Assembly (NCBI RefSeq): GCF_004010195.1
Contig: NC_057753.1
Span: 4,902,878-4,966,877 of the forward strand
Source: Chiloscyllium plagiosum
Taxonomy: Eukaryota
Length of the DNA: 64,000 nt
Reading direction: 5' to 3'
Shown one piece after another: positions 36,040-48,671 of the stretch (the stretch's first letter is position 1; every line of letters begins with the position of its first letter). The notes beneath the pieces were generated by a model. The model saw only the letters and a list, made by a program, of their open reading frames with translations. It was not told where the DNA came from and ran no database searches. The translations under genes and the position numbers were made by a program.

Positions 36040-37990
36040 TTGCCACCATATTACCAGACATCACATAGTTTTGGCAAATTAGGTTAATGAGAATCCAAAG
36101 GGATCCTACAAATACATTTATGACAAAGAGAACTAGGGAAGGAACAGGGTCTCTTAAAAGATCAGCTACGCCACCTATGTGTGGAACCGCAGAAGATGGG
36201 GGACAGACTAAACAAATATTTTGTATTAGTGTTTACTGTGGAGAAGGATATGGAAGATAGAGAATGTGGGGAAATAAATAGCGACCTCATGAAAAATGTC
36301 CCTATTACAATGCATACTTAAAATGCATAAAGGTGGATGAATTGCCGGGACATGATTAGGTATACCTTAGAATTCTGTGGGAAGCTAGGGAAGTGAGTGC
36401 ACCGCCCCTTGCTGAGATATTTGTATCATTGACAGCCATCGGTTGAGGTGCAGAAAGACTGGAGGTTAGCTAATGTGGTGCCACTATTTAAGAAAGGTAG
36501 TAAGGAAAAGCCAGGGTACTAAAGACCTGTGAGCCTGACATCAGTGGTGGGCATGCTGTTGGAGGGAATCCTGAGGGACATCTATTTGGCAAGGCAGGGG
36601 CCGATGAGAGATAGTAAACATGGCTTTGTGTGTGGGAAATCTTGCCTCACTAACTTGATTGAGATTTTGAAGTAACGAAGAGGATTAATGAGGGAAGAGA
36701 GATGAACATGATCTATATGGACTTCAGTAAGGCATTTGACAAGGTTCTTCATGGTAGACTGGTTAGTGCGGTTAGATCATATGGAATATGGGGAGAACTA
36801 GCCATTTGGATACAGAACTGACCTGAACGTAGAAGACAGAGGGTGGTGGTGGTGAAGGGTTGCCATCAGACTGGAGGCCTGTGGCCAGCAGTGTGCCACA
36901 AGGATCAGTGCTGGGTCCACTGCTTTTTGTTATTTAAGTAAATGACTTGGATGTGAACATAGGAGGTATAGGTCATAGGTTTGCAGATGACACCAAAATT
37001 GGAGGTGTAGTGGACAGTGAAGGTTACCTCAGAGTATAACAGGATCGTGATCACATGGGCCAATGGGCTGTAGAGTGGCAGATGGAAATGAGATGCAGCA
37101 TTTCGGAAAGTCAAATGAGGGCAGGTCTTATACACTTAATGGTAAGGCCCTGCAGAGTGTTGCTGAACAAAGAGACCTTGGAGTGCAGGTTCATAGTTCT
37201 TTGAAAGTGGAGCACCAGGTAGACAGGATAGAGAAGAAGGCACTAGATATGCTTACCTGTATTGGTCAGTGACAATAGGAATTGGGAGGTCATGTTGCAG
37301 CTGTACAAGACATTGGCTCCTCCACGTTTGGAATACTGTGTCCAATTCTGGTCTCCCTGCCAGTGGAAGGATGTTGTGAAATTTGAAAGGGTTCAGAAAA
37401 GATTTACAAGGATGTTGCCAGGGTTGGAGGGTTTGAGCAACAGGAAGAGCTTGAATAGACTGGGGATATTTTCCCTGGAGCATCAGAGACTGAGGGGTGA
37501 TCTTATAGAGGTTTATAAAATCATGAGGGGCATTGATAGGATAAATAGACAAAGTCTTTCCCGTGGGGTGGGGAGGTCCAGAATTAGAGGACATAGGTTT
37601 AAGGTGAGAGGGGAAAGATTTCAAAGGGACCTGGGGGACAATGTTTTCAACCAGAGGATGACACGTGTATGGAATAAGCTGTTGGAGGAAGTGGTGGAAG
37701 CTGGTACAATTACAACATTTAAAAGGCATCTGGATGGGTATATTAATAGGAAGGGTTTAGAATAATATAGGCCAAATGCTAGAAGACAGTGAGGACTGCA
37801 GATGATAAAGTGTGGCACTGGAAAAAGCACAGCAGGTCAGCAGTGTCCGAGGAACAGAAGAGTTGACATTTTGGTCAGGACCCTCATGGGATAAAGGCTG
37901 GCAAATGGGCCTGGATTTATTTAGGAAACCAGGTCAGGATGGACGAGTTGGACTGAAGAGTCTGTTTTCATGCTCTACAGCTCTATTCGG
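36040..37990 (+). mobile_element. CR1/HER1-type LINE ORF2 (frameshifted)
   Basis: [49 protein letters not shown]. Confidence 0.93.
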
Positions 37991-38356
37991 GCTGCTGTCT
38001 CATTCAAGAGACAATAGGTGGGGGTTAATTCTGAGAGTCTCAGGTGAGGGAGAGTCTTTCATGGTAACCTTAGCTAGTGTGGAATTGAACCCATAATGCC
38101 AGCATTCACGCTGCGTGGCTAAACCAGTTGTCCAGCTAACTGACCCCTTTAATAGATAACCAAAAGACAAAAATGTTGAAAGAGGAAATTCCAGAGCTCG
38201 TGGACTCTGCAGTTAAAATCATGAGCACCAATGCTGGAGTGAGGTAGGTGGGAGATAGGAAAGGGTCCGCACTGAAGGAGTAGGATGCATAGATTGCCTA
38301 AGAGCTGGAGGCGGTCTGAGAAACCATGTCAGTCACGATGAAGGAGACTGCCTGAA

Positions 38357-38672
38357 GCACGGTGGCACAGTGGTTAGCACTGCTGCCTCACAGCGCCTGA
38401 GACCCGGGTTCAATTCCCGCCTCAGGCGACTGACTGTGTGGAGTTTGCACGTTCTCCCCGTGTCTGCGTGGGTTTCCTCCGGGTGCTCCGGTTTCCTCCC
38501 ACAGTCACAAAGATGTGCAGGGTCAGGTGAATTGGCCATGCTAAATTGCCCATAGTGTTAGGTAAGGAGTAAAATGTAGGGGTATGGGTGGGTTGTGCTT
38601 CTGCGGGTCGGTGTGGACTTGTTGGGCCGAAGGGCCTGTTTCCACACTGTAATGTAATGTAATGTAATGTAA
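38357..38672 (+). mobile_element. HE1-type V-SINE, well preserved, (TGTAA)n tail
   Basis: Intact A/B boxes, CpGs retained, 3' tandem tail. Confidence 0.94.
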
Positions 38673-39429
38673 AGTACAGCTCTTAAATGGAACCGTGCAG
38701 ATCCTGACCATGTTGTCTGTTGCCTTAGACAGGATGACAGATACTGTATCTGTAGGTTTACAATGTGTCACTGACCCCCCCCCCCCCCCCAGGCTGGTCT
38801 GCAGCAGAGTGAGAGCAGCGATGTGACGGTGGTCCAGAAGAGAACTGATGGAAAATCGTGACAGGGAATGGGAATTCACTGAATACTCTCCCATTTCTCA
38901 ATCCCCAAGGAGTACCAGACGGACACAGTTTACTCCCATCTCCACGAGCTAGGTCTGCCCCTATATTCGAGAAGGAAGTCTTTACCGTGATGCTCAGGGA
39001 CTCTGAAACCCAGAGAGTGCAGCAGCAGCGCGTCTCGACCTCCGCTGACCCACACAGAATGCACCAGGTGGAAGTGGCAGTAAGGGTCTGGCCTACAAAT
39101 TGTAATTCACCGAGGGTGAGTGTGTGAAGGTTTGAGAAAATATTGCTTTTATTTTGTAAATAACTACACATAATATGTCACCAGTAGACCCACTTTCAGC
39201 TCTTCTCCATTCTCACATCACGAGGGCTAGCTCATACTTTGACTGGTTTCGTGCTGTAAGAATACCAGGACACCAACAAGAAGAAACATGTAACGTTAAT
39301 TATTAGAAGTGAATATCTAACTTAGAAAATGGGAACGGGGGCGGCCATTTAGCCCTTCGAACCTACTCCGCCATTTAAAATGATCATGGCTGATCATTGT
39401 ACTCTATACCCTTTTCTCATTCGTGAGGC

Positions 39430-40160
39430 CTGCAAAGCAATGGCTGGGCTAACATTTATTGCCTGTCCTTAGCTGACCTTCAGAAGATGGTGGCGAGCTG
39501 CCTTCTTGAACCGCTGCAGTCTACGTGCTGTCAGCAATGCTGTGCTGTGCCCACAACACTGTGAAGGAAGGAATTCCAGGATTTTGACCCAGCGGCAGTC
39601 CTGTCCTTCTAGGTGGTGGAAGGTGTGGGTTTAGAAGGTACTAAGGAGCCCTGGTGAGTTACTACAGTGTATCTTGTACATGGTATTATAGGACAAGCCA
39701 AACAGAGAACAGCCAGGGAATTCCTAGAGGCATGGCACTCATCCACTGATTCAATCAATAAGCACATCGACCTGGACCCAATATACCGGCCACTGCAGCG
39801 GACAGCTGGAACTGACAACCGGAAGCGGCAGATTCAAACCACTACAAATGCCGGAGGAAACATCACAGAAGGGCTTCACTGGAGGCTCCCGAGCACCGAG
39901 GATGTCACCGAGACAGGGGACGAAACGTCTGCAACACAAATTCCCAGCTCGGCGAACAGAACCACAACAGTTACTGAGCGTCAGTGGTGGAGAGAGTGAG
40001 TGTTTGTGAATGTGGTGCCAATAGACCCGAAAAGGTATCTTAAGTGTTATTGGAGCTGCAGTCATCCTGTCAAGTGGGAAGCATTCCACCACACTCTTGA
40101 CTAGAGCCTTGCAGATTGGGTGGGGAGGGAGACAGGCTTTGGGAAGTCAGCAGGTGTGTT
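39430..40160 (-). mobile_element. LINE 3' region (family of 7225-7780)
   Basis: Minus frame MVECFPLDRMTAAPITLK parallels MEYSPLAW..; shared tail gccttcttgaaccgctgcagtc. Confidence 0.7.
39685..39968 (+). mobile_element. Penelope (Poseidon-like) 3' fragment
   Basis: IIGQAKQRTAREFLEAWHSSTDSINKHIDLDPIY is a GIY-YIG C-terminus; hammerhead-like motif at 39893-39932. Confidence 0.85.
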
Positions 40161-41637
40161 ACCCTTTGATCCCTTTAACTCTAAGAACTTCACGTGAAAC
40201 TCTACTTAACAGTATAATAGAGTAGAAAAAGCTTAGGAAATAGGGTACAATGTATTATTAGCAAGAAGCCAAGTTACAGAGGGCATGGTTTACTGCAGTA
40301 AAAAAAAGCTAAAGCAAGCTCTTGAAGCTGCTTGTGAGAACAGAGATATCAGTGGAATAAATAACAGGACATAGCAGCCTCGAGACAAGAGAGATATAGG
40401 ACAACAAAGAATACGCAGACGATCCCTTGATTCAGTGAGGTGAGCATTGCCTACAAGCTGTGACTAGGTGGAGGAATGGGTTAAGGGTCGAAAGTGTGCT
40501 GCTGGAAAAGCACAGCAGGTCAGGCAACATCCGAGGAGCAGGAGAATCAACGTTTCAGACAAGAGCCCTTCAGATCAGAACTCAGGACAAAAGAGAGCCT
40601 CCCCAGGAAATGGCATGCAGCAAAGAGGGGCCACAATCAGAAGATTAACAGCCAGCGAGACAGAGTGAAAAAGCTTAAAGACCAAAGATCGAGGCTGTGA
40701 AAGTTGCGAGGAGTACTTTGTGTTATGCGGTCTACTTCTCAACACGAATACTACCTGTATTAAAGAGTCGATTGCGGCCTGCGGTTTGCTTGAGAGCAGA
40801 TGAACTTGTCCCGATATTGTCTCAATAAAATTCACAACTAATGTCTGCTGCCAAATCCAACCCTGCTTGAACAGGAAAGCAATGTCCCCAAATCAGTCAC
40901 TGCTGAATGTCAGTTCAGGCTGGAGCCTCTCAGTGGATGAGTGGCCAAAGCAGTGTTCAATGGCTGGAGATTGGGGGCCAGAGGGTGTGTGTGTGTGGTG
41001 GGGGGGGGGAAGAGACAGATGATGGCTGGTTCTAGTGGTGGGAAATGTTCATTCTGAAGGAGTGCAGCCAGAAGTAGTGATTACTCTTTTCCTAATCCTA
41101 TCTTCTATTTTTATAGCATTTTGTAATAGTGGAGCAGGCTGGAGGAATCAAATATCCAGCCCGATCATCTATGTTGCCCATTTTTTAACAATAAGTGACC
41201 TGCTAAGTATTTCCCCATTTCTGTTTTCTTTTCATTTAAAATGGTGGGGCTCGATCTAACGCAGTGATCAGGCTGTGCTGAAATGGTGTTAACACATTTG
41301 TGTGATCTCAGCTGGAGTGTTGTGTCCACTTGTGTATGCTGTACTTTAGGAAGGACGTAAAATATCAGGGAGTGTAGAAAATATTTTTGTTTTGTTCATT
41401 CATTGATGGGATGTGGGCCTTGTTGCGATCGCCAACGTTAATGACAATCCCTGGGTGCCCTGGAGAATGCAGTGGTGAGCTGCCTTCTTAAAACTGCGCT
41501 GACCTTGACGTGTAGGGATACCCACAGTTCTACTGGGCTAGTAATTCCAGGTACTTTGACCCCAAGCAGCTCACCACCATCAATGAAGGAACAGCAATAC
41601 AGCCCATGTCACTACAGAGGTGAACCTGTGGTGGTAT

Positions 41638-41946
41638 TCATAGAATCCCTGCAGTGTGGAAACAGGCCCTTCGGCCCAACAAGTCCACACCAACCCTCTA
41701 AGGAGTAACCCATCCAGAACCATATTTAACCCTGACTAATACACTTGATCTACTTATCCCTGTGACACACTCATGGGAAATTTAGCATGGCCAGTTCACC
41801 TAACCTGGGCATCTTTGGATTGTGGGAAGAAACCCACACAGACGTGGGGATAATGTGCAAACTGCACACAGACAGTTGCCAGTGTCTGGCATCGAACCCA
41901 GGTCCCTGACGCTGTGAGGCAGCAGTGCTAGCCACTGAGACACCAT
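41638..41946 (-). mobile_element. HE1-type V-SINE
   Basis: Reverse-strand head, V-domain and tail. Confidence 0.88.
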
Positions 41947-42296
41947 TCTGATCAATCTGTTGCCCTTCTAGATGGTAACGGCCACAGGTTTTGAAGGTGC
42001 TGCTGAAAGAGGCGAGTTCCCTCTTGTAGATGGTACAAGTTGTAACCTCTACGTGTCGGTCATGAAATGAATGAATATGAAAAGTGGCAAATGCAATTAT
42101 GTCTGCTGCAGCTCTGAGTGTCATTAAGTGACAATATCCTGCCTTTTCCTCGTCACCTTGCCCAGTGACCCTTTTCAAATAACAGCCTCAATCCCTTTTG
42201 AACACTTAGACGAAAGTTCCCAGATTTGAGTATCAATCAAATTCTCTTTTGGCCTGGATAGAGGTAACAATGTTGAATGTCGTTCACGCTGTTCTC

Positions 42297-42518
42297 AGTC
42301 GAGAGTGTGGTGCTGGAAAAGCGCAGCAGGTCAGATAGCATCAGAGGAGCAGGAGAATCGACATTTCGGGCATAAGCCCTTTATCAAGAATGGTTCCTGA
42401 TGAAGGGCTTATGCCCGAAATATCAATTCTCCTGTTCCTTGGATGCTGCCTAACCTGCTGTGCTTTTTTAGCACTACACGCTTGACTCGGATCTCCAACA
42501 TCTACACTTTCCCCTAGT
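42297..42518. mobile_element. Penelope-derived palindromic element with hammerhead core
   Basis: About 95-bp inverted arms; 9-bp TSD GCTGTTCTC; CTGATGA-a-GGGC-ttat-GCCC-GAAA at 42397-42420. Confidence 0.8.
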
Positions 42519-42894
42519 GCTGTTCTCTGCCAGATAACTGGAAAACTTTCAACCAGATTCCTGACTTGTGTCCCGTAGATGGCGGACAGGTGTGGGGAGA
42601 GGGAAGGTGAGTTACTCACCAGTTACTCACCTTAAATGCCAAGGAATGCAAACAGGAGATAGTCATTTCCTGACACATTAACATCATTTTCCAGTCGTCA
42701 GTCCAAAACTGAATCTAGTCCACGGCTTGCTCCACATGGACACAGACTGGTTCGGTATTTGAAGTGTCATGAATGGTGCTGAGCATTGCACAATCATCCC
42801 CAAACATCTGACCTTACGCTGGAGGGAAGGTCATTGCTGATTATCTGAAGGTGGTAGGGCTGAGGAAGCATCCCTGAGGAACCCCTGGAAAGAT

Positions 42895-43179
42895 GGGCCG
42901 CATGGTGGCTCAGTGGTTAGCACTGCTGCCTCTCAGCGCCAGGGACCCGGGTTCGATTCCGGCCTTGAGCGACTGTGTGTAGTTTGCACATTTGCCCCAT
43001 GTCTGCATGGGTTTCCTCCCACAGCTGTGCAGGTTAGGTGAATTGGCCAAGTTAGATTGCCCCATAGTGTTAGGTGCATTAGTCAGGGGTAAATGTAGGG
43101 AAATGAGTTCTGGGTAGGTTAGTCTCTGGAGGGTTGGTGTTGGGCCGAAGGGCCTGTTTCCACACTGTAGGGTATCTAG
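42895..43179 (+). mobile_element. HE1-type V-SINE
   Basis: Head, V-domain and tail. Confidence 0.9.
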
Positions 43180-45009
43180 TAGATTGTTCTCGAAAATCTA
43201 CAGCTGCCTTCCTTTGTGATAGGGACAGCTCGAACCCCAGATTCACTCCTTGATGCCACATTCGGTCAAATGTGGCTTTACTGTCAAGGGCAGTAACCCT
43301 CACCTGACCTCACCTCACAAGTTTGGTACTTTCACCAAGGTTACTGTGAGCTCAGGGCTGGAGTGGCCCTGGTAGAACACAAAACGAGCAGGTTACTGCC
43401 ATGTTAGTGCTGTTTGATGGAACTTTCAACGATACTTTCCATCGGTTTTGCTGATGACTGGCATGAGAAGAATGAGGTAGTAACTGACTGGATGAGATTT
43501 GTCCTGCTTTTTTGTCAGGACAGACAGGCAGGAGGTTGGAAGAACACAGCAAGCCAGGCAGCATCAGGAGGTGGAGAAGCTGAATGTTTCGGGTGTAGCC
43601 CTGCTACAGGACTGCGTTCTTCCAGCCTCCTGCCTGCCTATTTTGGAATCCAGCATCTGCAAATTTTTTTTTTTTGTCTCTTTTGTCAAGACAGGACATA
43701 GCTGGTGGAAGGGGATGGTGTAGTGGGATTGAAACTGAACCAGCACTCCAAAGTCGTTGGCTACCTCTCTAGGGACCCAGAATGGAATCGCAGCACAGCA
43801 GATGGCGGAATTGGAATGCAAAACAGAAAAATCTGGAATTACTGATAACCAGGAAACGAGTGCAAGTTGTTGCAAAAACCCGCCTGGTTCATGGATGTTC
43901 TTTAGAGAAGGAAGTCTGCCAACCCAGCCTGGCCTCCCGGTGACCCAATCCCCACAGAAATGGGCTTCACTCCAAAATGGCTTAGCTGGCCACTCAACTG
44001 CACATAACCATAAAGTCTTACACTATCCACATTGTCAGGAAAATGTCTGCGCTGGATCAGCTTGGCTGAGAATGCGGTAGGGTCAAACCGAGTGGACTTC
44101 AAACCTGAACTGACTCCTGGAAGTTGCTTTTCCAGAACTTATGAATGGATTGCAAGTTTTAAGATGAACCTCTTCCCCAATACTCTCACGATCTGACAAT
44201 AAGCAGACTGTGATTTAATGTCTTTGCCCATTCAAATAACAGTGGCGTCTTTCCCAAAACCCTCTGATAAATCAGTAAAGCGGAAATAGCTCATCCGATT
44301 AGCAACGACCGAAGTACAAAAACAGCCGATGGAGACCCGTTTATCAAAGTTTTTGCTTTTAAGGAAGAGTCCAAAAGTTCAAGGCTGGAATTCTTGGAAT
44401 TTCTTTGCAAGGTGAATAATTGTTTAGCTGAAAGTCCACAGATCTGAGACAGTTTCTTCTCATTAAAATTCCTTCACAGACCATCTGAAGAATATTGCTG
44501 GAATGTAATTTCTACTTTGCTGTCTCGATGAAAGAAAATTGATGAACTTGCGTTCCCGTTCTCTGCAAGTTACGACTGCTTTTAACAGGCCGGAGCCTTC
44601 ATTTTTATAGCCCAGCTTTTGATATCATCAGTGGATGCAGTGTGAAGCAACCTGGGCCCCAGAGCTGACACATACTTAATGTCTTAAATTCCACAGTTAT
44701 GTGACCAAGCCTCCTCAGCAGGGGTTGGGTGAATGGTTAACATTGAGATGAAAGCGTCCAATGCAAAGGCCCATCTCAGCAGTTAAGTGGAGCCATCAAG
44801 ACATCATCTGACAGGATAGAGGTGACTTGGTTCTCTGAAAGTAGAGTCCCAGGTAGACAGGGCAGTGATGAAGGCTTTAGGCACACTGGCCTTCATTAGT
44901 CAGGGAACTGAGTCGAGAAGCTGGGAAGTTATGTTGCAGTTGTACAGGACGTTGGGGAGGCCACACTTGGAGGAGTGTGTTCAGTTTTGGTCTCCTTGCT
45001 ATAGGTGAC

Positions 45010-46770
45010 TTGTTAAGGCCCTACCATTCTCAATAAAACTCCTACCTTGATTTGACTTTCCTCACATTTATCTATATTAAACTCTATTTGTCATTTCTCG
45101 GCCCACTTCCCCAGTTGAGCAAGGTCCTGCTGCAATTTCTGACAACCTTCCTCACTGTCCATGACACTGCCTATTTTAGTGTCAAACTTACTAATCATGC
45201 CTTGTACATTCTTATGCAAACCATTGATATACAGAGGAAACTCGATTATCCGAATATCAGATTATCCGAAGGGGATCTCAAGGTCCTAATAGAAACATTA
45301 CGCCAAAGAGCTGTTTCAACCCTGATTGCGTCTTTTGTTTGCGGGTACTATGATTAAAAATGAACTTGGCTCACTGAAATGCTGCCGAGAACAGTCCAGG
45401 ACAGTCCAGGCACCGTCTCTAAATGACTTACCTCCTGCCCCCCCTCTCTGCCCCACACTTTCCCTGGAGTTCCATACAGAGGTGAACCTTAAACCCCCCT
45501 TCCCCAGATAATCTTCACAGAAAACTCTGAGCCCCAGAGGAAATCCATTAACCGAATAACTCAATTATCCGAACGAAATAGGTTCCTCTGTAGATAACAA
45601 ACAGCAATGGGCCCAGAACCGACCCCTGAGACACCCCTCTAGTCACAGGCCTCAAGTTAAACAAACGTCCTTCCACTATTACTCTCTGCTTACTACCATC
45701 AAGCCAACTGTGCATCCAATTTACCAACCTCACCCTGGATTCCATGTGATCTAACCTTCCAGAGCAGCCTATCATATGGAACCTTACCAAAAGGCCTTAC
45801 TGAAATTCACATCGACTATATGTACCGCATTGCCCTCATCAACCCTCCTGGTCAGTTCAAAGAACTCTAACAAATTTGGGAGGCATCATCACCCACGCAC
45901 AAAGCCATGCTGACTATTCCTAATCAAACCCTGTCTTTCCAAATACGTGTTTATCTTATTTCTCAAAATCTTCTCAAGTAACGTACGCACCACAGATGTT
46001 AAGCTTACTGGTCTATAATTTCCTGGTTCTTCAATAATGGCACAACATTCACTACCCTCCAGACTTCCGGGACTGCACTTGTGGGTCACGACGATGCAAA
46101 AGTATCAGCCAGATCCCCTGCAATTACTCCTCGAGCCCCTTGCAGTGTTCTTGCATATATCTGGTCAGCACCAGGATATTTATCCACCTTCATACATTCT
46201 GATACATGCAACACCACCTCTACTGTGATATTGACTGTCCCCAAGATATCACCACTAACTTCCCCTTTTGAACAGGTCACCTCTGCCTCAGAGAAGATTG
46301 CAATGGTCTAAGAATCTGAATCCCTGCCCCCTGCACCAATTCTTTAGCCAAGCATTCATCCGCCAAATCCTCCTGTTCTTGCACTCACTCGTACGTGGCA
46401 CTGGAAGTAATCCGGAGATTACCACTGACGAGGTCCTGGTCTTTAACTTTCCCACTAGCTATTTATAATCTCTCTGCAGGACCTCATCCCTATTCCTACC
46501 TGTGTCATTTGTTCCAACGTGCACAATGACTTCTGGCTGCTCACTCTCCCCTTTGAGAATATTACACAGCCGCTCCAAGACATCCTAGACCCTGGTACCT
46601 GGGAGGCAGCACACCATCCTGGATCCCTGTGTGCGGACACAGAATCTCCTGTCTTTCCCCCCGACTATCCAGTCTCCTATCACTAAGGTCCTGTTTATTT
46701 TTACCCATTCCCACTGACCTGGTTACTGCTGCTTTCCCCTGAAAGGTCAACCCTTCCCCCACCAACAATA
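45010..46770 (-). mobile_element. CR1-type LINE, RT remnants joined to an ORF1 esterase remnant
   Basis: [24 protein letters not shown]; 46450-46700 encodes a frameshifted CCLPG..VIVHVGTND SGNH-like segment. Confidence 0.85.
45232..45590. mobile_element. Tigger-like MITE inserted in a CR1
   Basis: TA-CAGAGGAAAC ... GGTTCCTCTG-TA termini, internal ATTATCCGAA repeats; the host CR1 reads through when it is removed. Confidence 0.8.
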
Positions 46771-47801
46771 TCCAACAGATGAGAGATTTAGATTTTCCAA
46801 GATTCCCTACATTGTAGAAACAGGCCCTTTGTCCCAACGAATCCACACCAACCCTCTGAAGAGTAACCCACCCAGACTGTTTTCACTCAGGTGAATGAAG
46901 GGGAACGATATCATACAGACATAAAGTTCTAACAGGCCCAGACAGGGTAGATGGAAAAGCACAGCAGGTCAGGCAGCATTTCGAATGCCTTCGAGCACAG
47001 AGTCAACTTTATGAGCAGAAGCTCTTCATCAGAATTCAGGATAGACCATTTAGGACTGAGATGAGGAGACATTTCTTCACCTGTGGAATGCATTCCCATA
47101 GAAAGTAGTTGATGCCAAAATATTGAAGGTATTCAAGAGACGGCTAGATATAGCACTTGGGCTGACTGGGATCAAAGGATATGGGGAGGAAGTAGGATTA
47201 AGTTAGACGATCAGCCATGATTGTGATGAATGGTGGAGCAGACTCGAAGGACCGAATGGACTCCTCCTGTTCCTATGTCCAGTCAATTCTGCACTCCCCT
47301 TGTCACTGCCCCTTTCAATCAGCCAGCTCCAATTTTGTTCAGAAGTCTATTGGGTGGCACTATCAATAATGCCTTTTGGAAGCTCATGTACACCACAGTA
47401 AAAGCACTACCCTCTTCAACACACCTCATCAAAAGATTCCAGCAAGTGAGTTGAACACAATTTTCTCACAATGAATTGGTGCTAATCCTCCCTAACAATT
47501 CCCAATGCTACTATTACGTTTGTCCCAAATTATTGTTTTGACAAGGTTAGGCTGTTTGGCCTGTGGTTGCTGCACTCACCGCTTTCTAAGGCATAACTTC
47601 TGCAATGCTCCAGTCCCTTGGTACATCACCATGGAAGGAAGATTGAAAATTTATGGCCACACCTTCCACAATTTCCACTCTCACTTCCATCAGTGTTCTC
47701 AGGCACATCCTACCTGGCGCCAGTGTGTTATTAACTTGAAAGACGTATCCAATGCTCTTACGTCCCTTCTAAGTGTGCGATTTAGCAAAGCAACATCCAC
47801 A

Positions 47802-48671
47802 TCACTTGTGAACCCGCTGGTGCCTCAGCAGGTGGGATGAACAAGTGAACCCCTTGCCACACTTGGCGCAGGTGAACGGCCTCTCCCCAGTGTGAACTCG
47901 CTGGTGGATCAGCAGGTTGTACGACTGAGTGAATCCCTTCCCACACTTGGAGCAGGTGAACGGCCTCTCCCCGCTGTGAAGTCTCTGGTGTGCGACGAGT
48001 TGAGAGGAGTGCTTGAAGCGAATCCCGCAGGGGGAGCACCTGAACGGGGACTCCTCGGTGTGAACCCGCTGGTGCGTCAGCAGGTTGAACGAGGAGGTGA
48101 AGCCCTTCCCGCACATGGAGCAGATGAACGGCTTTTCCCCGGTGTGAACGCGGTAGTGTGTCATCAGGCTGGAGGACTGAGTGAATCCCTTCCCGCACAG
48201 GGAGCACGTGAACGGCCTCTCCCCGGTGTGGACGCGCTGGTGGACAGTGAGGTCCGGAGAGGTCCGGAACCCGGAGCCGCACAGAGAGCACCGGAACGGT
48301 CTCTCATCCGTGTGAACACGTTGATGGCGCATCAGCTCCCCAGAGCTTTTGTAGCACTTGGCGCAGTCCGGGCACTGGAAAGGTCTTTCGTCGGTGTGAA
48401 CGCGTTGGTGTCTCAGCAAGTCAGCGGGCAGGGCAAATCTCTTGTCACAGACGGAGCAGGGGAATGGCCTCTCCCCGGTGTGAGTGCGCCGATGAGCTTC
48501 CAGCTTCGACGGGGAAATGAAGCCCTTCCCACAGTCCTCACATTTCCACGGCTTTCCTCCGTTGTGACTCCATTTGTGTTCTGACAAGCCAGACGCTCGG
48601 CTGAAGGCTTGCCCACACACGGAACACGTGTATGGTCTCTCCCCACTGTGTACAGTGCTTTCTCCTTCCAT
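47802..48671 (-). CDS. ZNF-E: tandem C2H2 zinc-finger protein, 10 fingers
   Basis: [16 protein letters not shown] start like the paralogs; acceptor ttcacag at about 48774. Confidence 0.93.
   Translation of the reverse strand: MEGESTVHSGERPYTCSVCGQAFSRASGLSEHKWSHNGGKPWKCEDCGKGFISPSKLEAHRRTHTGERPFPCSVCDKRFALPADLLRHQRVHTDERPFQCPDCAKCYKSSGELMRHQRVHTDERPFRCSLCGSGFRTSPDLTVHQRVHTGERPFTCSLCGKGFTQSSSLMTHYRVHTGEKPFICSMCGKGFTSSFNLLTHQRVHTEESPFRCSPCGIRFKHSSQLVAHQRLHSGERPFTCSKCGKGFTQSYNLLIHQRVHTGERPFTCAKCGKGFTCSSHLLRHQRVHK

Noticed and set aside
38357-38430. HE1 heads as tRNA genes
   Set aside because: A/B boxes continue into the V-domain and a CR1-like tail, so these are SINEs
40250-40836. ERV solo LTR (TGT start, AATAAA near a CA end)
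   Set aside because: No convincing TSD or inverted termini; kept only as the unassigned recurrent segment
47782-48646. Long overlapping and antisense ORFs over the ZNF exons (e.g. 47892-48584 +, 47782-48291 -, 24339-24920 +)
   Set aside because: Shadow frames of repetitive, GC-rich C2H2 codons; no independent evidence of coding
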